From positions 4,968,639 to 5,032,638 of the forward strand of contig CAVNZM010000011.1 of NCBI GenBank assembly GCA_963693365.1: a DNA stretch of 64,000 bases, read 5' to 3'. Below are positions 1 to 18,100 of the stretch, piece by piece. The notes below the pieces were generated by a model. That model was not told the origin of the DNA. It did no database searches and saw only the letters and a list, made by a program, of their open reading frames with translations. The stretch is from Amoebidium appalachense (lineage: Eukaryota > Protista > Ichthyosporea). The position numbers were made by a program, and so were the translations under genes. Numbering within the stretch: position 1 is the first letter of the stretch; each line of letters begins with the position of its first letter.

Positions 1-252
1 TGTGTGCGTGTGAATGTATGGGCTTTTGGGAGGAGGGGAAAGGGAGAAAGGGCGGGCGTTACAGAAGAGCGAGGCAGAAGAACGGGGGAGGGGGAGAGGG
101 GGGGGGGGGGGGGAGGGGGGGTCAGAGAAGAAGAGAAGCTAGTAAGCCCCTAGAGGAGAAAGAGGGGAGGGGGGTTCTGAGAGAGAAAGCCACATAGACA
201 AGACTCTAGAGAGTGCAGGGATTGGAGTATTTTCTTTCTTTCTTTCTTTCTT

Positions 253-285
<33 letters not shown>

Positions 286-663
286 TGGGGGGGGGGGGGG
301 GGGGGGGGGGTTAAAGGCGAATTTCGTTGAAGGTTACATCAAAGCCTAGTAGAGTAAGTGTGCATGTATGTGTAAAAGCATGGTATGTGGGTCGGTGTGT
401 GCATGTATGGGTGGCCGTGCACATGTGTGTCTGCGTGTGTGCGTATGCGTGTGTGTGTGTGTGTGAGTGTGTGTATGTGTGTGTATGTGTGTGTGCGTGC
501 ATGTGCGCGCATGTGTGTGCGTGCACATGTGTGTGTATGTGGGTGCATGAGCCAAAAGCAAAAAAGTGGAGGGAAAGGAAGAGGGGAGGTGGGGGGGAGA
601 GGGGGGGGGGGGGGGGGGGGGAGGAGGGGGAGGAGGAGGAGGATGGTATGCTACAGCACACAC

Positions 664-3711
<3,048 letters not shown>

Positions 3712-4882
3712 GGCTGTGTAATGAGCCGCTGTGACACACACGGCTTGCGCGTAACAGATCGGGACCTTTCAACTACACACAGGCTTGAAATCTCACTCGT
3801 CTGCAGGGGTGTTTACTTAGGTCCCTGCTATCTCCATTCACAGAGCTACCTCCTTGTTTACCAACACGAACTTCAATCGTTATTTATTATCAGTCTCACG
3901 ATTTCACACAGACACGTGGCTTCATGAAGTGCTTTTCCTTTTGCCCGCGTGACTTGTTTAAGGCACGTGAGATATTATATTCCTCCTGGGGCTCACAGTA
4001 ACCAACTTGCTTCACACCAATATGGGCTTCCTATTTTCCGGGAAGCGCGGCTCCTTATCAACAACTATAGGCCGCACTTGCTCCAAGGAAGATGCGGTAT
4101 ACATGTATATACACCTAAGCTTACACCTCTTACCCCTAAGCTACACTTTTCCTTAGGTCGTGCTCCAGGGCAGACCTATCGTGTTTACGTTTCGATGAAT
4201 TCAGTCATGAAATTTCGTTAAGTCAACTATCACGTAATCGCGCGCCAAAATTTCATTTCGAGCCGGGTCAAAAAGGGAAACAAGATCTTGGACCGGAAAG
4301 AATCGGGTGAGTGTTCCCGAAGAACGAGCCGTAACGCAAGCGCTGATTGGCTATAAGCATTTAAATAGATTTATATCCTGATATGTAGAAAAAAGAAAAC
4401 ATTTACAGGCACATGGTTCTGCCATAAAACAATAACCTAACAAACAATTATTTCACAGTACTTTGCTTATATATATATTTTTTATACTGTTTGACCAACA
4501 TCTTGTGCTTAAGTAAAACGTAACATATTGTCAATTTGGAAATCGATGGCATCATAATGTCACGCACAATTGTCACCGTTTTAAGTCGCATGCAAGTGGC
4601 CAGTCAGTCGGGGGCTTCTCAACAGCATGTGATATTACACCAACTACAAACACTAAAAGGTAAATCTAAATTATAAATCGATACGGTTCTAGAAATTAAC
4701 CAATAAGTGAAATGCATGTGACGAAATCAATCACCGTATTCGTTTTCGGAATGGCATTTGAGCGGACTCCCCCGAAGGCGGAACATCCAGTTTAGTTTCG
4801 AAGAACACCAAGACAGAGAGAGGTCATTTCATAGACCATCGTTACTACCTTCAGATTGTAGCTAGATTATTCGGCAGTAAAG
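3712..4882. promoter_or_regulatory. Putative divergent promoter region between XPF and UBE2D
   Basis: Head-to-head genes; the interval is free of the microsatellites seen elsewhere and is AT-rich at 4360-4700. No TSS data. Confidence 0.5.
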
Positions 4883-4939
4883 GTGAGACAGCCTTGTGAG
4901 AGCCTTATTTCTATGGCTGCATGGCTTTAGTGGTTCTGA

Positions 4940-5671
<732 letters not shown>

Positions 5672-5811
5672 GTGCAGCACTGTTTCCTTTTTGCAAACTT
5701 TTTTTTGTGCACCTGCTCTTGTTACTTTCTCTCTGTTTTTCGCCGTGTAGGTCGCTCATCGGTTTCGTCAATGGGCTTATGATCACATCTCTACCCCTCC
5801 CCCCCCCCATC

Positions 5812-5860
<49 letters not shown>

Positions 5861-6500
5861 AAGAAGAAGAAAAAAAAGAAAAGCCTGTCAGTTCGGCCCG
5901 TGTTGATTTTTCCACCCCTCCCTGCATTTAGACCCCCTCCTCTCCCCTCACCCGTGCTGCATAGCTTTGTATATTGGTTTTAGTACAGGCGTGCTGCACT
6001 TTCCATCGTGCATCTTTGTGCATCTTACTTGTAGTTCAGTAACTATTGTCTCCTCACCCTCACATTGGTCCCTCCGTTGTTATACGACCACCATTTGTGC
6101 TTCTTTCAAAGGGTCCATTTTTCGGTATCTTTCGGCTTACTCTGTTGCTTTAGGAAGGTTTGTGTATTGTGTATTTTTTGGGTTGGGGGGGGGGGGTTTC
6201 CTTTATGTTGAGTTCGTGTCTATTTGCAAAAGGGGGGGGGGGGGGGGGGACGATAAAACTCGAACGGCAGGGTTGGTTCATGCACGACGTGGGTTTCCCG
6301 GCTCATTCGTTTTTGTGCTTTTTGTGGGGGGAAAGGGGGAGTGAGGGATAGTAAGTGGGAAGGTCAGGCAAAACTGCACATGTGGTATTGTCTTGACATA
6401 AAAGGGGGTAATACCTGATATGGAGTGGTGTGGTGGTTGTAAAGTCTTGTGTTGTGGTGGTTCACTTTCCTTCCTCTCCCTCCCCCCTCCCCCTCCCCCC

Positions 6501-6550
<50 letters not shown>

Positions 6551-7108
6551 GTGTGTGTGTGGGGGGGGGGGGGGGCTGTCGTACCAAAGCTGCTGCCTTG
6601 AGTGACATTGTCGTTTTTTTGTTGTTTTTTTTTCGCATGGGGCACCGGGGGAAGGGGGGGGGGGGGAGGGAGGAGTCAAAGAGATATAAGAAGGAACACG
6701 TTTCTGTGCAATGTTCTGACATGGTTCCAAACGCAGGGGCTCCTAAATTCATTAGTCTTTTCGGTGGCGGCACAGTGAGATGCCGGGTCAGCTGGCATGT
6801 CGGCTGTGCCACGTGTACCATGGGAATAAACCTGAGCACGTGGTGGACCCACGTGCCGTGACTGAATGCAATAAGCGTGAATGGTGTCCTTCCTTGCCTT
6901 TGTTATGCTCTTTCGCTGTCGACCTATACCCCCCCTCCTCCCCAATGCATGCACACACACGCACACTCCCACACCACCGTATGCAACAAGTGTGGATGCC
7001 CTCTTTCTCGTCTTTGTATATTCTTTCGCTGTCGACCTGCTCTCCTTCTCCTTGGCTTCTTCCCCCCGGCTCTCACCAGCACCACCACCACGCACACGGG
7101 CACGCGCG

Positions 7109-7141
<33 letters not shown>

Positions 7142-7303
7142 TCACAATGCGTGTAGATGGCCTCGTAACCTCCCTTGTTGTTTTCTTTTACTATCGATCA
7201 TTGCCCCTTCTCTCCATCTCCTCCCCCCTCCCCCTCCCCCCCCCCCCCCCCTCCCCCCCTCCCCCCCCCCCCCCCCCCCCAAAAAAAAAAAAAAAAAAAA
7301 AAA

Positions 7304-7356
<53 letters not shown>

Positions 7357-7448
7357 CTGCACACACACACTGCGTGTGGATGGCTTCCTTGCCACCTTCA
7401 TTCTGATCATTCTCGCATGACTCTCTCTCTCTCTCTCTCTCTCAGTCT

Positions 7449-7480
<32 letters not shown>

Positions 7481-7639
7481 CTGCTTACAGAAACACTATG
7501 CCCCGTCTTTCTCTCTTCTCCTTTCCAGTCCTCTTCCCTTATATCTATCCCCTCAGCACAATCCCACACTATAGATGCAATAGATGCATACCAGCAACCG
7601 TTCACAACCACCAACCCCTTCTGCTTCCCCCTTCCCCCC

Positions 7640-7691
<52 letters not shown>

Positions 7692-7964
7692 TAAGGTGAT
7701 GCAGATCTTGTCCTGTTAGGTTACCGCAAGGTCACATGTGACACTGTATGCGCAAAGAGTGCCTGCTTTTGATTGGCCGGCACACAAACACAGGCACCTA
7801 AGATATTTAACACATCTTCCCCTTGTACCACGGAATCCTTCCCAACTCACCGGTTTCAGCTGCGTGGTCACTTGACGTGTTCAGCGGCGCGAAGTATCAA
7901 CCCCAGCCACCAAAACCACAAAATCACAGCGCACACCACACACACAAATACAACACATGAGACA

Positions 7965-8004
<40 letters not shown>

Positions 8005-9578
8005 TACACACACACAAGGACACACAGATACACGGATCCACGCGCACACAAGCGCGCACACACACACACATGGTCAAGTTGCGAACTTCATTTCTGAATG
8101 CTTGTTCTGCATAGTTCGGGTCTTGAAACATAAAGTAATTACGGCTTCGCTGGCCAGCAAAGTATCGACTTGGTTACGAGTGTACGTCACTTTGATTTGT
8201 GTTTGCCTTCATTTTTTTTTTTTGTGGTGGTGGTGTGTGTGTGAGTGTGTTCGGGGGGGGTGGGGGGGGGGGGGCTCATGGCCAGCTTTGGTGGAGGGGA
8301 GGAGGGGGGCTCATGCATTGCCAGCTTATCACTGCGACATGCATGCATCGAGAAGAATTTGTATATGTAAATAACCTCAATTTCTGAGAGATTTTGACTG
8401 AGGCCACCCCGTCCACCATCTATTTGACCAACGAATCTGCCCGACCATGGATTTTCATTAAAACTATCCCACGGATATCTCGGCATGTGTACTTAATACT
8501 ATACTAACTTTTGCGCTGCTGCGCATGCCTGCAGCCGTCCACACATGTCAAGTTGCTCATTTCTGATCAAGGCGGATAACCGACTCACAATTTTGAGGAC
8601 TAAGTTGGCACTTCTCGACCATTGCTCACCTTGTATACGTATGCCATGATGCCTAGAAATGGGGCAACGCCATATGTGGGCACACGCAACATTGTGCTCA
8701 AGTTGGTGACATCGGCAGCTGGCCAGTTCTCGGATCAATCACGTTGATACCGACTATGTGATATGATGTCGTGCATGCCGCCGAGAAAAACCAAAGTGAA
8801 GCAGTATCTTTGAAACGAAATGTGCGTGTGGCAGCAAATTAAATTGATCGAAACATGGATAGCACTTCAGAATCTGTGGATGACTTCCTCGGCTCGTGTG
8901 GATGGGTGCTGCTTATGTTGCAAATATATCCGTAAAGTTTTTATTCACTGTGCATTACGATTAGTCAGTAGGGGTTTACGTAGTAAAACGCACAATATGT
9001 ACATCTGGGTGTGAGGATTGGTCTGCAGTGCATGCTTCCCCAATCCCATCATCCCCCCCTCCTCCTCCCCCCCCAACACACACACACACACACACACACA
9101 GCACCACCACTACCACCACCACCACCATCCGTAGTACCGTCTCTGTGTGTGTGTGTGTGCGTGTGTCCTACTTTTTTTGGAAGGCTTACTATGTCTATTT
9201 TTGTTTTATTCTCGGTTTGTTTTTAAGTTCATTTTAGTTATTTATTTATTTATTTTTGTTTGTTTGTTTATTTATTTATTTATTTATTTATTATTAGTAT
9301 TATTATTATTATTTTTTTTGTTTTTATTTTTTTTGGGGGGGGGGAGGGGGGGGGGTGCGAAGTGAAAAACTACACAGGAGCATGCACCCCATCACACCAC
9401 CACCACCATTCACGTGAACCCCTTTACCTGCAGGCGTGTGTGCCTTTGGAGAATGTAGCAATGTGACAACGTTGCATACACAGCTGCGAACTCTCACCCG
9501 ACCAAAATACACACACACATACACACACACGTGCACACACGTGCACACACACACACAAACACACACGTGCACACACGT

Positions 9579-9612
<34 letters not shown>

Positions 9613-10745
9613 ACACACGTGCACACACACACGCGCGCGCGCGCGCGTACACACACACACACACACACATTTTCACACACACACATATACACACACTCTC
9701 TCACACTCTCCCACACACTCACTCTCACACACACTCACACACATGCACACAAACGCACGCACACTTAGACCAAAAATCACACATGCACACAAACACACTC
9801 ACACTTACAACAAAAAACACAAACAGTTCTTCGCTTTATATCGGAGGTGCGCATCAAATTTAAAGCTTTACGTTCGAACAATTCTATAAGTAATCGGCCA
9901 ACAGCCGATCAATAGAGCCCGGACGGCCTGGCATCAAGTTTCAGCGAATATATTCATTTTTTATTTTTTATTTTTTTTAAAAAAAAAGAACATAAACTCG
10001 TGACTTTGGCACTATGAACCCCATCCAGATCCTGGACCCACACATCACCGTGACCACCTCCACCACACATGCGCAGACACACTTAGAGTCAATGGCAAAA
10101 CACAGACACTGCCGCAAAGGCCCACTCAAGTGCAACACATACAGGTAGAGGCATCCGATGACATTGTGCTCGTTTTTGGCAGATGTACAGCAGGAGGAAT
10201 GATGCGTGTGTGTGTGTGTGTAGCGGGTGGGGGGGGGGGGGGGGGGGGGGGGGGGAGGTGTATGTGTGTGTGTGTGTGTGACTGTTGGGGGGGGGGGGGG
10301 GGGGGTAGAGGTGAACGCACACGGGGAAGGAAAAGCTTGAGGGGGAAGAGGATTGAGGGAGGGGGTGGGTGGGGGGGGGGGCGAAGGAGAAGCGGGAGAA
10401 GGGTGAGGGGGGGGGAGGGGAAGGTGGGGTCGTTGTTGTCGGTAACTAGAAGGCAGCAGTTCTAGTTCTGGCGGCGCCGAGCAGGGAGGGAGCTTGAGAG
10501 AGAGGGAACCTGGAACAACTGGACGGCGCTAATGCTTTATGGTGTAGGATGGTTGGATTTAAGAACGGAGCATTTAAAACGGGGGTAGGGGGCGGGAGCC
10601 ATAAGCGATGGTCTGAGGGGGGGGGGGGGGGGGGGGGGGGGGATTTGAGGAGGGGGGAGGGGGGGAAGGAGGGAACGGGAGCTGTAGGCCTCGCGCCGGA
10701 CTGGGGGATACTCAAAGGGAAAAATGCAGCCATCAAAAATTACCG

Positions 10746-10776
<31 letters not shown>

Positions 10777-10908
10777 GGGGTGGTGGGAGGGGTTTGGGGG
10801 GCGGAGGAAGGGGGGGGGGGGGGGGTAGAGAGCAAAAGGAACCCTGTTGGCCCTCGGATCAAGTTCCCATTATAATTGGCTGAGAGGGGGAAGGGGGGGG
10901 GGTGGGGT

Positions 10909-10947
<39 letters not shown>

Positions 10948-11311
10948 CCCGGCTTTATACATAGGTCCCGGGTCGGTTGGAGAGAGAGAGCAAGACGATA
11001 CAGCCGATAGAGAGAAAGCCGTAAATGTAAATGGATGTATGGGGTGGAGGAGCAAGGGGAGACAGCGATTTACATACCGGGCTCGGGGGGAGAGGGAGCG
11101 GGAGGTGTAAGGGGAAGAAGGGGAGAAAACGGAGGGAGGGAGGCAGAGGGGCGGGGAGGGAGGCAGAGAGGGAGGCAGGGGGGGGGGGAGGGGAAGAGGG
11201 GGTTTTTTAGGGGGGGGTTTGGGGGGAGTTGAAGCAACACGCTAAGAAGCCCGTTAGGTACTTCAGTGATTTCCTTCATTTTTATTTTTATTTTTTTGTG
11301 TATGTGTGTGT

Positions 11312-11355
<44 letters not shown>

Positions 11356-11517
11356 GCTGAGAATAAAGGGGGGTTAGTCTATAGGCCCGCAGGGTAACAT
11401 TTGTCGAAGAAGCAGTAGGGGGGACATCAGCAAATCATTGGCTGCATGCAGGGAAAGGTGGTGTGATATGTGTGTGGTGGTGGTGATGGTGTTAGTGGTG
11501 GTGGTGGTGGGGGATAT

Positions 11518-11548
<31 letters not shown>

Positions 11549-11718
11549 GGGGGGGGGGGGGGAGAAACCATGCAGGCTACCAGGTTAAATTCCGAGCGTA
11601 TTGGCTGAGGTGGGGGGGTAACAAGAAGCCCGGGGGGGGGTGGGGGTGGGGGTGGGGGGGAGGGGGGAGGAGGGGCACCGGGTCGGACCAATAGAGGACC
11701 AGGGCCGAGGATGGGCCG

Positions 11719-12021
11719 TAATTAAAGCAACCACCACTTATTCCATTTTAAGCCCCTATCGAGGTTTATCCGATCGAGAATGTCAGATTGCCCTGGCGCG
11801 GCTTGTGAAATCCTCGATCCTATCAAGCCATCGAGGGTATGACTTCATTCTGTGCATAGCTGTAATTTTGGCTAAAACAGTTGTGCACAGAATGAAGTCA
11901 TACCCTCGATGACTTAACAGGATCGAGAATTTCACAGGCCGTGCCAGGGCAATCTTAAATCCTCGATCGGGTCAACCTCGATCGTGGCTTAAAATGGAAG
12001 AAGCCGTGGTTGCTTGACTTA
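11719..12021. mobile_element. ~300 bp palindromic (fold-back/MITE-like) non-autonomous element
   Basis: Whole element is an imperfect inverted repeat: aagcaaccac (11725)/gtggttgctt (12006-12015); catcgagggtatgacttcattctgtgca/tgcacagaatgaagtcataccctcgatg around the centre; repeated ATCGAG/CTCGAT motifs. Confidence 0.8.
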
Positions 12022-12540
12022 AATGGTTAGGAGGGGAGGAGCGCGGAGGGGAGCGGGGGGAAGGGGGGGGGGGAGGGAGGGGGGGAGGGAGAAGGGGGCG
12101 GCCCCGCGGAAGAAGGGGGGGGGGGGGGGGAGGGGGGTACGGCCTGTAGGCTGATGGTCGCCGGATAGCTAACGGAGAGAGGGGAAACAGTCATCATTGA
12201 TTTGCTGGGGGAAGAGGGGAAGGGGGGGGGGGGAGGGGGGGAGGGGGGGGGGAGCAAGAGGAAAAGTCTCAGGTTGACATTCTCAATGTGCAAGGAGTGG
12301 GGATGGAGAGGAGGGAGGGAGGGAGTGTACATGTTGGTGGGGGGAGCAAGAGAGATTTATGATTGCATATGGAGAGGTGGGGGGGGGGGGGGGGGGAGGG
12401 GGAGGGAGGGGGGGGGGAGGGGGAGGGGGGGGGGGGGGGAGGGGGGGGGGAGGGGGGGAGGGGGGGGGGGGGGGGGGGAAGGTAGTGGCATGTCGTCTGT
12501 CGGACATGTTGCAAGCAGTGCATCGGGGGACAGTGTGGGT

Positions 12541-12573
<33 letters not shown>

Positions 12574-12913
12574 GGTGGAAGGATGGGAGGGGAGGAGTGG
12601 GGGGGAGGTGGTAGGTGGGGGGATGGGAGGGAGGGGGGAGGGGGGGAGGGGGGAAGGAGGGAGGATGGGAGGGAAGGGGTAGGGGGGAGTTCTCCTCGTT
12701 ACCAGTCTGGAAGCTGCATAGTTATTGTTTTTCCAGCTATCTTTTCTGGCTAACGGTAGGAGATAGCTGACAGATAAGAATTATTTAAACCGGGGGCAGG
12801 GAGAGGGGACGGGGGGTGGGGAGGGGGTGGGGAGGGGAGGGGGAGAAGGGGGCAAGGGAAGGGAAGGGGGAGGGGGGAGAGGAGGGAGAGAGAGGTAGAG
12901 AGATAGATGGGGG

Positions 12914-13003
<90 letters not shown>

Positions 13004-13036
13004 AGGGTGGGTTGTGTGTGTGTTTGTGGGTGTGTT

Positions 13037-13084
<48 letters not shown>

Positions 13085-13243
13085 TGTGTGTGTGTGGGTG
13101 TGTGCGAATGTGTGTGTGTGTGCGGGTTTGTGTGTGTGTGTGTCTTAGTGTGTGCAGTGGGTGTCCGCTGTGTACGGTGTATACAGTGTATGTTTGAGTG
13201 TGTTTGAGTGTGTGTGTTTGTGTGTTTGTGTGTGTGTTTGTGG

Positions 13244-13328
<85 letters not shown>

Positions 13329-13402
13329 GTGCATGTGTGTGCATGTGTGTGTGCGTTTGTGCGCGTGTGTTTGCGTGTGTATGCCAGAGGGACGGGGGGG
13401 AA

Positions 13403-13443
<41 letters not shown>

Positions 13444-14037
13444 GGGGGTAAAAAATTAGCTTGCAGGTCGTCAGAATGTTTTAAAAGAGCAAAAAAGGAT
13501 ATCTAGCAAAGATTGTAGTAGAAAATGGGGGAGGTGGAGGGGGGAGGGAGGGGGAGGGGGGAGGGGAGCCTGTGGGGAACAGCCACATTATTGACTGGCT
13601 GGGCCCCGGGAACGGAGGATGGGGGTTAGGGGCGGGGGGAGGGGGGGGGGGGGGGGTTAGACATGAACAAAACTCCCAAACACCTGCATAGTATTTTCTA
13701 TTCAAGTGAACGTGTATCTCATGATAGTGTATTCCTTTGAAAAAATAATATGACATATATCTTTTTTTTTTTTTTGCTGGAGCAACCGTGCGTGTGTGGA
13801 CCAATCGGCACAAGGCAGAACCTTTGCAGCCATATGATTGGCCAGCCATAGCGCGATCTATATGTGGGTTTTTGTTTTGTTCAGATAATATGACCGTTTG
13901 AGTAATCACGCTAACCGATCGTATCGCAAAGACCTGTTTATCGCTGTTTGACGCAGAATGTTCTTGAATGCAAACATTTTACACAATGCACAGTAAATAC
14001 AATGATGGCAAAAAGTTATGCATTCTTGGCTGCCTCG

Positions 14038-14186
<149 letters not shown>

Positions 14187-14715
14187 CCCTCCTCCCCCCG
14201 GCCCCAAAACCCATACCCAAACACACACAGTCACGCCCACACATACACACGGGGGGGGGGGGGGGGGGGGGTGGAGAGGGGGATGGGAGGGGGGGGGGTG
14301 GGGAATGGGGGGCAGGGGGGGGGGTTCGGGGAGGCCAGGTGCGAAACCTACGCAGCTGGCTTGCTCTCCCCCTCCCCCTCACCCCCCTTCTTTCCTTCCC
14401 TCCCCACCTGTAATGACATCAAGGCCTGCATTCCGTGCCAAATGCAGCAATTCAACGTGCACGTGGGAGAATTGGCCACTGAAGTCCTCCCCAGCTCGAG
14501 TGTTTTTAGGGGTTGGATGACTCGGGAGAAGTGGGATTGGGGGGGGGGGGGGGGGAGGGGAGGGGGGAAGGGATCTCGAGTTATAAAGGGGGGGGGGGGG
14601 GGGGGGGGGGGGAGGGAGGGAGGGCCTCCCCTACGGCGTCACTGACGTATGGGTCATGTTAGTCAGGCGGCGGGTGGGTGGCCATACATTGCAAATGTGT
14701 GCTGTGTGTGTGTGT

Positions 14716-14759
<44 letters not shown>

Positions 14760-14976
14760 GTTTGGGGGGGGGGGGGTAGCAGTTGCTATGAGTTACTATA
14801 AATGAGTAGGCCCCCCTGCCCCTGCTCTTCCCCCCCCCCCCCCCCCCCCCCCCGCAAAACCCACCCACCCAAAAAAAAGCCTCCCTTCCCCTCCTTCCTC
14901 GCCCAACCCAGCATGGAAGAAAAGACGATACACAAGAAAAAAAACATAAAACTTCACTATCGTTCCGATGGTACCT

Positions 14977-15008
<32 letters not shown>

Positions 15009-15184
15009 CCCCCCCTCCCCCCCCCCCTCCCTCCCCCCCCCTCCCTCCCCCCCTCCCCCCCCCCTTTTCCTTCCCCCCAGACACCACAGACATGCACACA
15101 TTTACAACTTGAATGCATCCACCCAACCACCCACATGCCCCCACACCTACTAGTGTCCCACCCACCCGCCACCACATGACATAA

Positions 15185-15663
15185 AGTGCTTGCACCGTCT
15201 TTAGGTTTCTGCACCAATCAGCGTAAGGCAGGTCTTTACTAATAGGATGCGATTGGTTGGCGGTTTGATTTTAAATCAACCTACCGCTTCATTTTTTATT
15301 TTGACCTGATCAGGGATGATCCAATCGAGGGTTTCTGATGGTCCTGAGGCAGTTATTATACTTCTTGGCATATCAAGCGATCGAGGACGTGACGTCAGTT
15401 CGTAACAAAAACGTCATAATGACGTCATGCCCTCGATCGCTTGATAGGAATTCGAGAATTTCAAGAGCTGTGTCAGGGCCATCCGAAATCCTTGATCGGA
15501 TCATCCTCGATCCTGTCTAAAATGGGAGAAGCAGTGGTTGGTTTAACATATAATTTCCGAGCGAAGCAAACGATCCCCACATGAATCAAGTTTCAACCAT
15601 GGCTGGCCAATCATAATGATGACCGCAAAAAGCCGATTGGTGCAGATTGCAGGTGCAAGCACT
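15185..15663. mobile_element. MITE-like element with terminal inverted repeats, hosting the palindromic element
   Basis: agtgcttgcacc...tgcaccaatc on the left is the reverse complement of gattggtgca...ggtgcaagcact on the right; a related arm lies at ~13790-13850 (ccaatcggc...tatgattggccagccat). Confidence 0.6.
15271..15546. mobile_element. Second, diverged copy of the palindromic element family
   Basis: ttaaatcaacc...ggttggtttaa ends; tatcaagcgatcgagg/cctcgatcgcttgata; right arm gagaatttca...caggg...aaatcc..gatcgg...cctcgatc...aaaatgg..gaagc.gtggttg aligns with 11925-12012; two TGACGTCA at the centre. Confidence 0.72.
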
Positions 15664-16695
15664 GGCGCTCGCTTGACAGGGTGGGGCAAGGGGGACTTTT
15701 TCGTATAGGAGATTGGAGACGGAGAGATCTCAACTCATTTTAGGGGGGGACCGGCGGGGGGAGGTGAGAATGAAAAGAGGGAGAGAGGCGCCCAGGCGGG
15801 GGGAGGGGGGAAAACGGGGAGGGGGGAGGGAGGGGGTGAGGGGGGAGGGGGGAGGAGGGGGAGGGGGGTGGGAGGGGAGGGAAAGGGGGGGAAGGGGGGG
15901 GGGGGGGGGGGGGGGGGACGTGAAAGCCCCCATTGCGGCACCACATTTGCGAACGAGTCACGTTGATGACTGCGGGTGGGTGGTCATACATAATACATGT
16001 GTAGTGAATATGTCATTGGTGTGGTGGTTGGGGCCGAAAGGGGAAACTTTGGGGGAGGAGGGGGGAGGGGGCGAGGGGTAGCAATTGCACTGGTATTGCT
16101 GAAAATACATGGGAACACCCCCCCCCCCCCCCCCCCCCCGCCCCACCCCCTCCCCTCTCCCCCTCAACCCAGCATAGTATGGAGCTCGAGGAAAAAGACG
16201 AGATGCAAAAAAATTATTCTTACAACTACACTACCATTCCCGTATTGTGCCCCCTCCCCCCCCTCCCCCCCCCCCCCCCCCCCCCCCTCCCCTTTCCTGC
16301 CTTCATGAGACCCCCAGTCCCCAGCCCTCGTTCCTTTTCCCCAGACACCAGAGACACGCGATATAGCGCACCTGTACAATGTATCCATCCAACCACCCAC
16401 ACACCCACTCACCGTAAAAAAACACCGCCACTACTATGCATGGCTCGTTTGCCAGGGTGGGGCGAAGGGAACTTTTGTGTCTAGCTAATCGGAAACGGAG
16501 GGGTATCCAATCATTTTTGGGAAGGTGGGGGGAGCTTCAGGTGCGGATGAAAGGAGGGGGGAGAGCGCCCCCGGGTGGGGGGAGGGGGGGGGGGGGGGGA
16601 AGGGGGGGGGGGGAGGACTTGAAGCATTCCCTGCACCATATTGGGGTACAGGTCATGTTGATGGCAGTGGTTGTGTGGCCGTACAGGTGCATGTA

Positions 16696-16752
<57 letters not shown>

Positions 16753-16755
16753 TGC

Positions 16756-16796
<41 letters not shown>

Positions 16797-17013
16797 CCCC
16801 CAACCCCTCCCTCCCGGCTCCCCCCTTCCTGCCCTCCCTGAATCGCTTGCTATCCAAATCTGATTATCATGATAGACCATATACAATGGGTGTACGGCAC
16901 GTGTTAACTCGCTCATGAGGTTTTTATACTGCCGCTTGGCGGCCACACGAGTCAACAATCTGCCTCCCCCAGCCTCCCTCCCTCCCTCCACCCCCTCCCC
17001 CCTCTCGCCCCCG

Positions 17014-17055
<42 letters not shown>

Positions 17056-17791
17056 CCCCCACACCCACCCCCACCCCTCACAAACCTACCCATCCATCCA
17101 TCCAGCTTTAACTGAACCATTTAGGTTAAACCAGCCTCCGTATCTGCCATTTTTTAATTAGCATCTCTGACTCTGGGCAGCAAGCCACATAGGTGACATC
17201 ATTCTGGGCCCGGTTTCCACTCAGCCGCTCAAATAATAATGACGCGAAAACTTTAGTAGTAGCTGGGGCCTGGGTGAGGGCATGCTTACTAATGATGTCA
17301 TGATGTCGACATAGCCCCCCCACCCCCCCCCCACCCCCCCCCCCCACCCCCCTCCCCCCACCCCCCCTCTCTCGGGCCCCCAGGGCAAGTCTTTGCCAGT
17401 CTCAGAGGATAGGCCCGGGCCCCGAGGCCTCTTCCGCGGCGAGGCCGCCGCCCCCACGGCCTCTCTCACGTACTGTTCATGACTCTTGCTCCACAGTGAC
17501 TCACCGTGACGGCCGCAGTGTCTCTAGCTACATCTCTCTTTTCCCGACGCCTCTTTCCCCTCTTCCCACCTGGAATTGCTCCTCCCTGGGAGTTCGTCAC
17601 CCTCCTTCTTAACTACCGGCCCTTCGTTTGATTCAGAACCAAGATCCGCGACTGGCAATGATTCCTCTCTCTCGCTCCGACTCGGAGTCGCGGCTCCCCG
17701 GGCCGAGGCTCTCTTCAACACACCACGGTGACAGTCTACTGCCTCCAGAGGGCCTCCACGGTACCCCCCCCCCCCCCCCCCCCACAAAAAA

Positions 17792-17838
<47 letters not shown>

Positions 17839-18100
17839 ACTGTCACATGTACACACACAGTAGCCGCTGCCCACCCACCCATTTACAAAGCTTTGAACCG
17901 TTTGTGTACATATTGTGATGCTAACGCGTGTACGGCTCAGCGTGGTTGTAGATGGTGTTCGAGACACACGTGCACGACAGCGGCAGATGGGGGGGGGGGG
18001 GGGGGGGGGGGTGGTCAGGCAGGGCCCGACCCGCACATTGAGAGGCATTCACAATAGTTTGATTATCCGGATCCAGGGTTCATGCTTCTTTTATTATTAG

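Larger units (their letters stand above)
14640..16650. repeat. Old tandem duplication (two diverged copies, ~14640-15950 and ~15950-16650)
   Basis: Collinear shared blocks: gcgggtgggtgg.catacat, ggtagca.ttgc, caacccagcat..gaaaa.gacga, ccccagacacca.agaca, ccaaccacccaca, gctcg.ttg.cagggtgggg. Confidence 0.7.

Noticed and set aside
311-345. Candidate XPF exon after ctag (ALM* or FDVTFNEIRL*)
   Set aside because: In phase it stops immediately and does not match the expected GFIKAF motif.
8070-9000. Complex microsatellite-free block
   Set aside because: No consistent reading frame or recognisable motif on either strand.
16860-17770. Minus-strand coding-like fragments
   Set aside because: No splice-consistent model or family signature.
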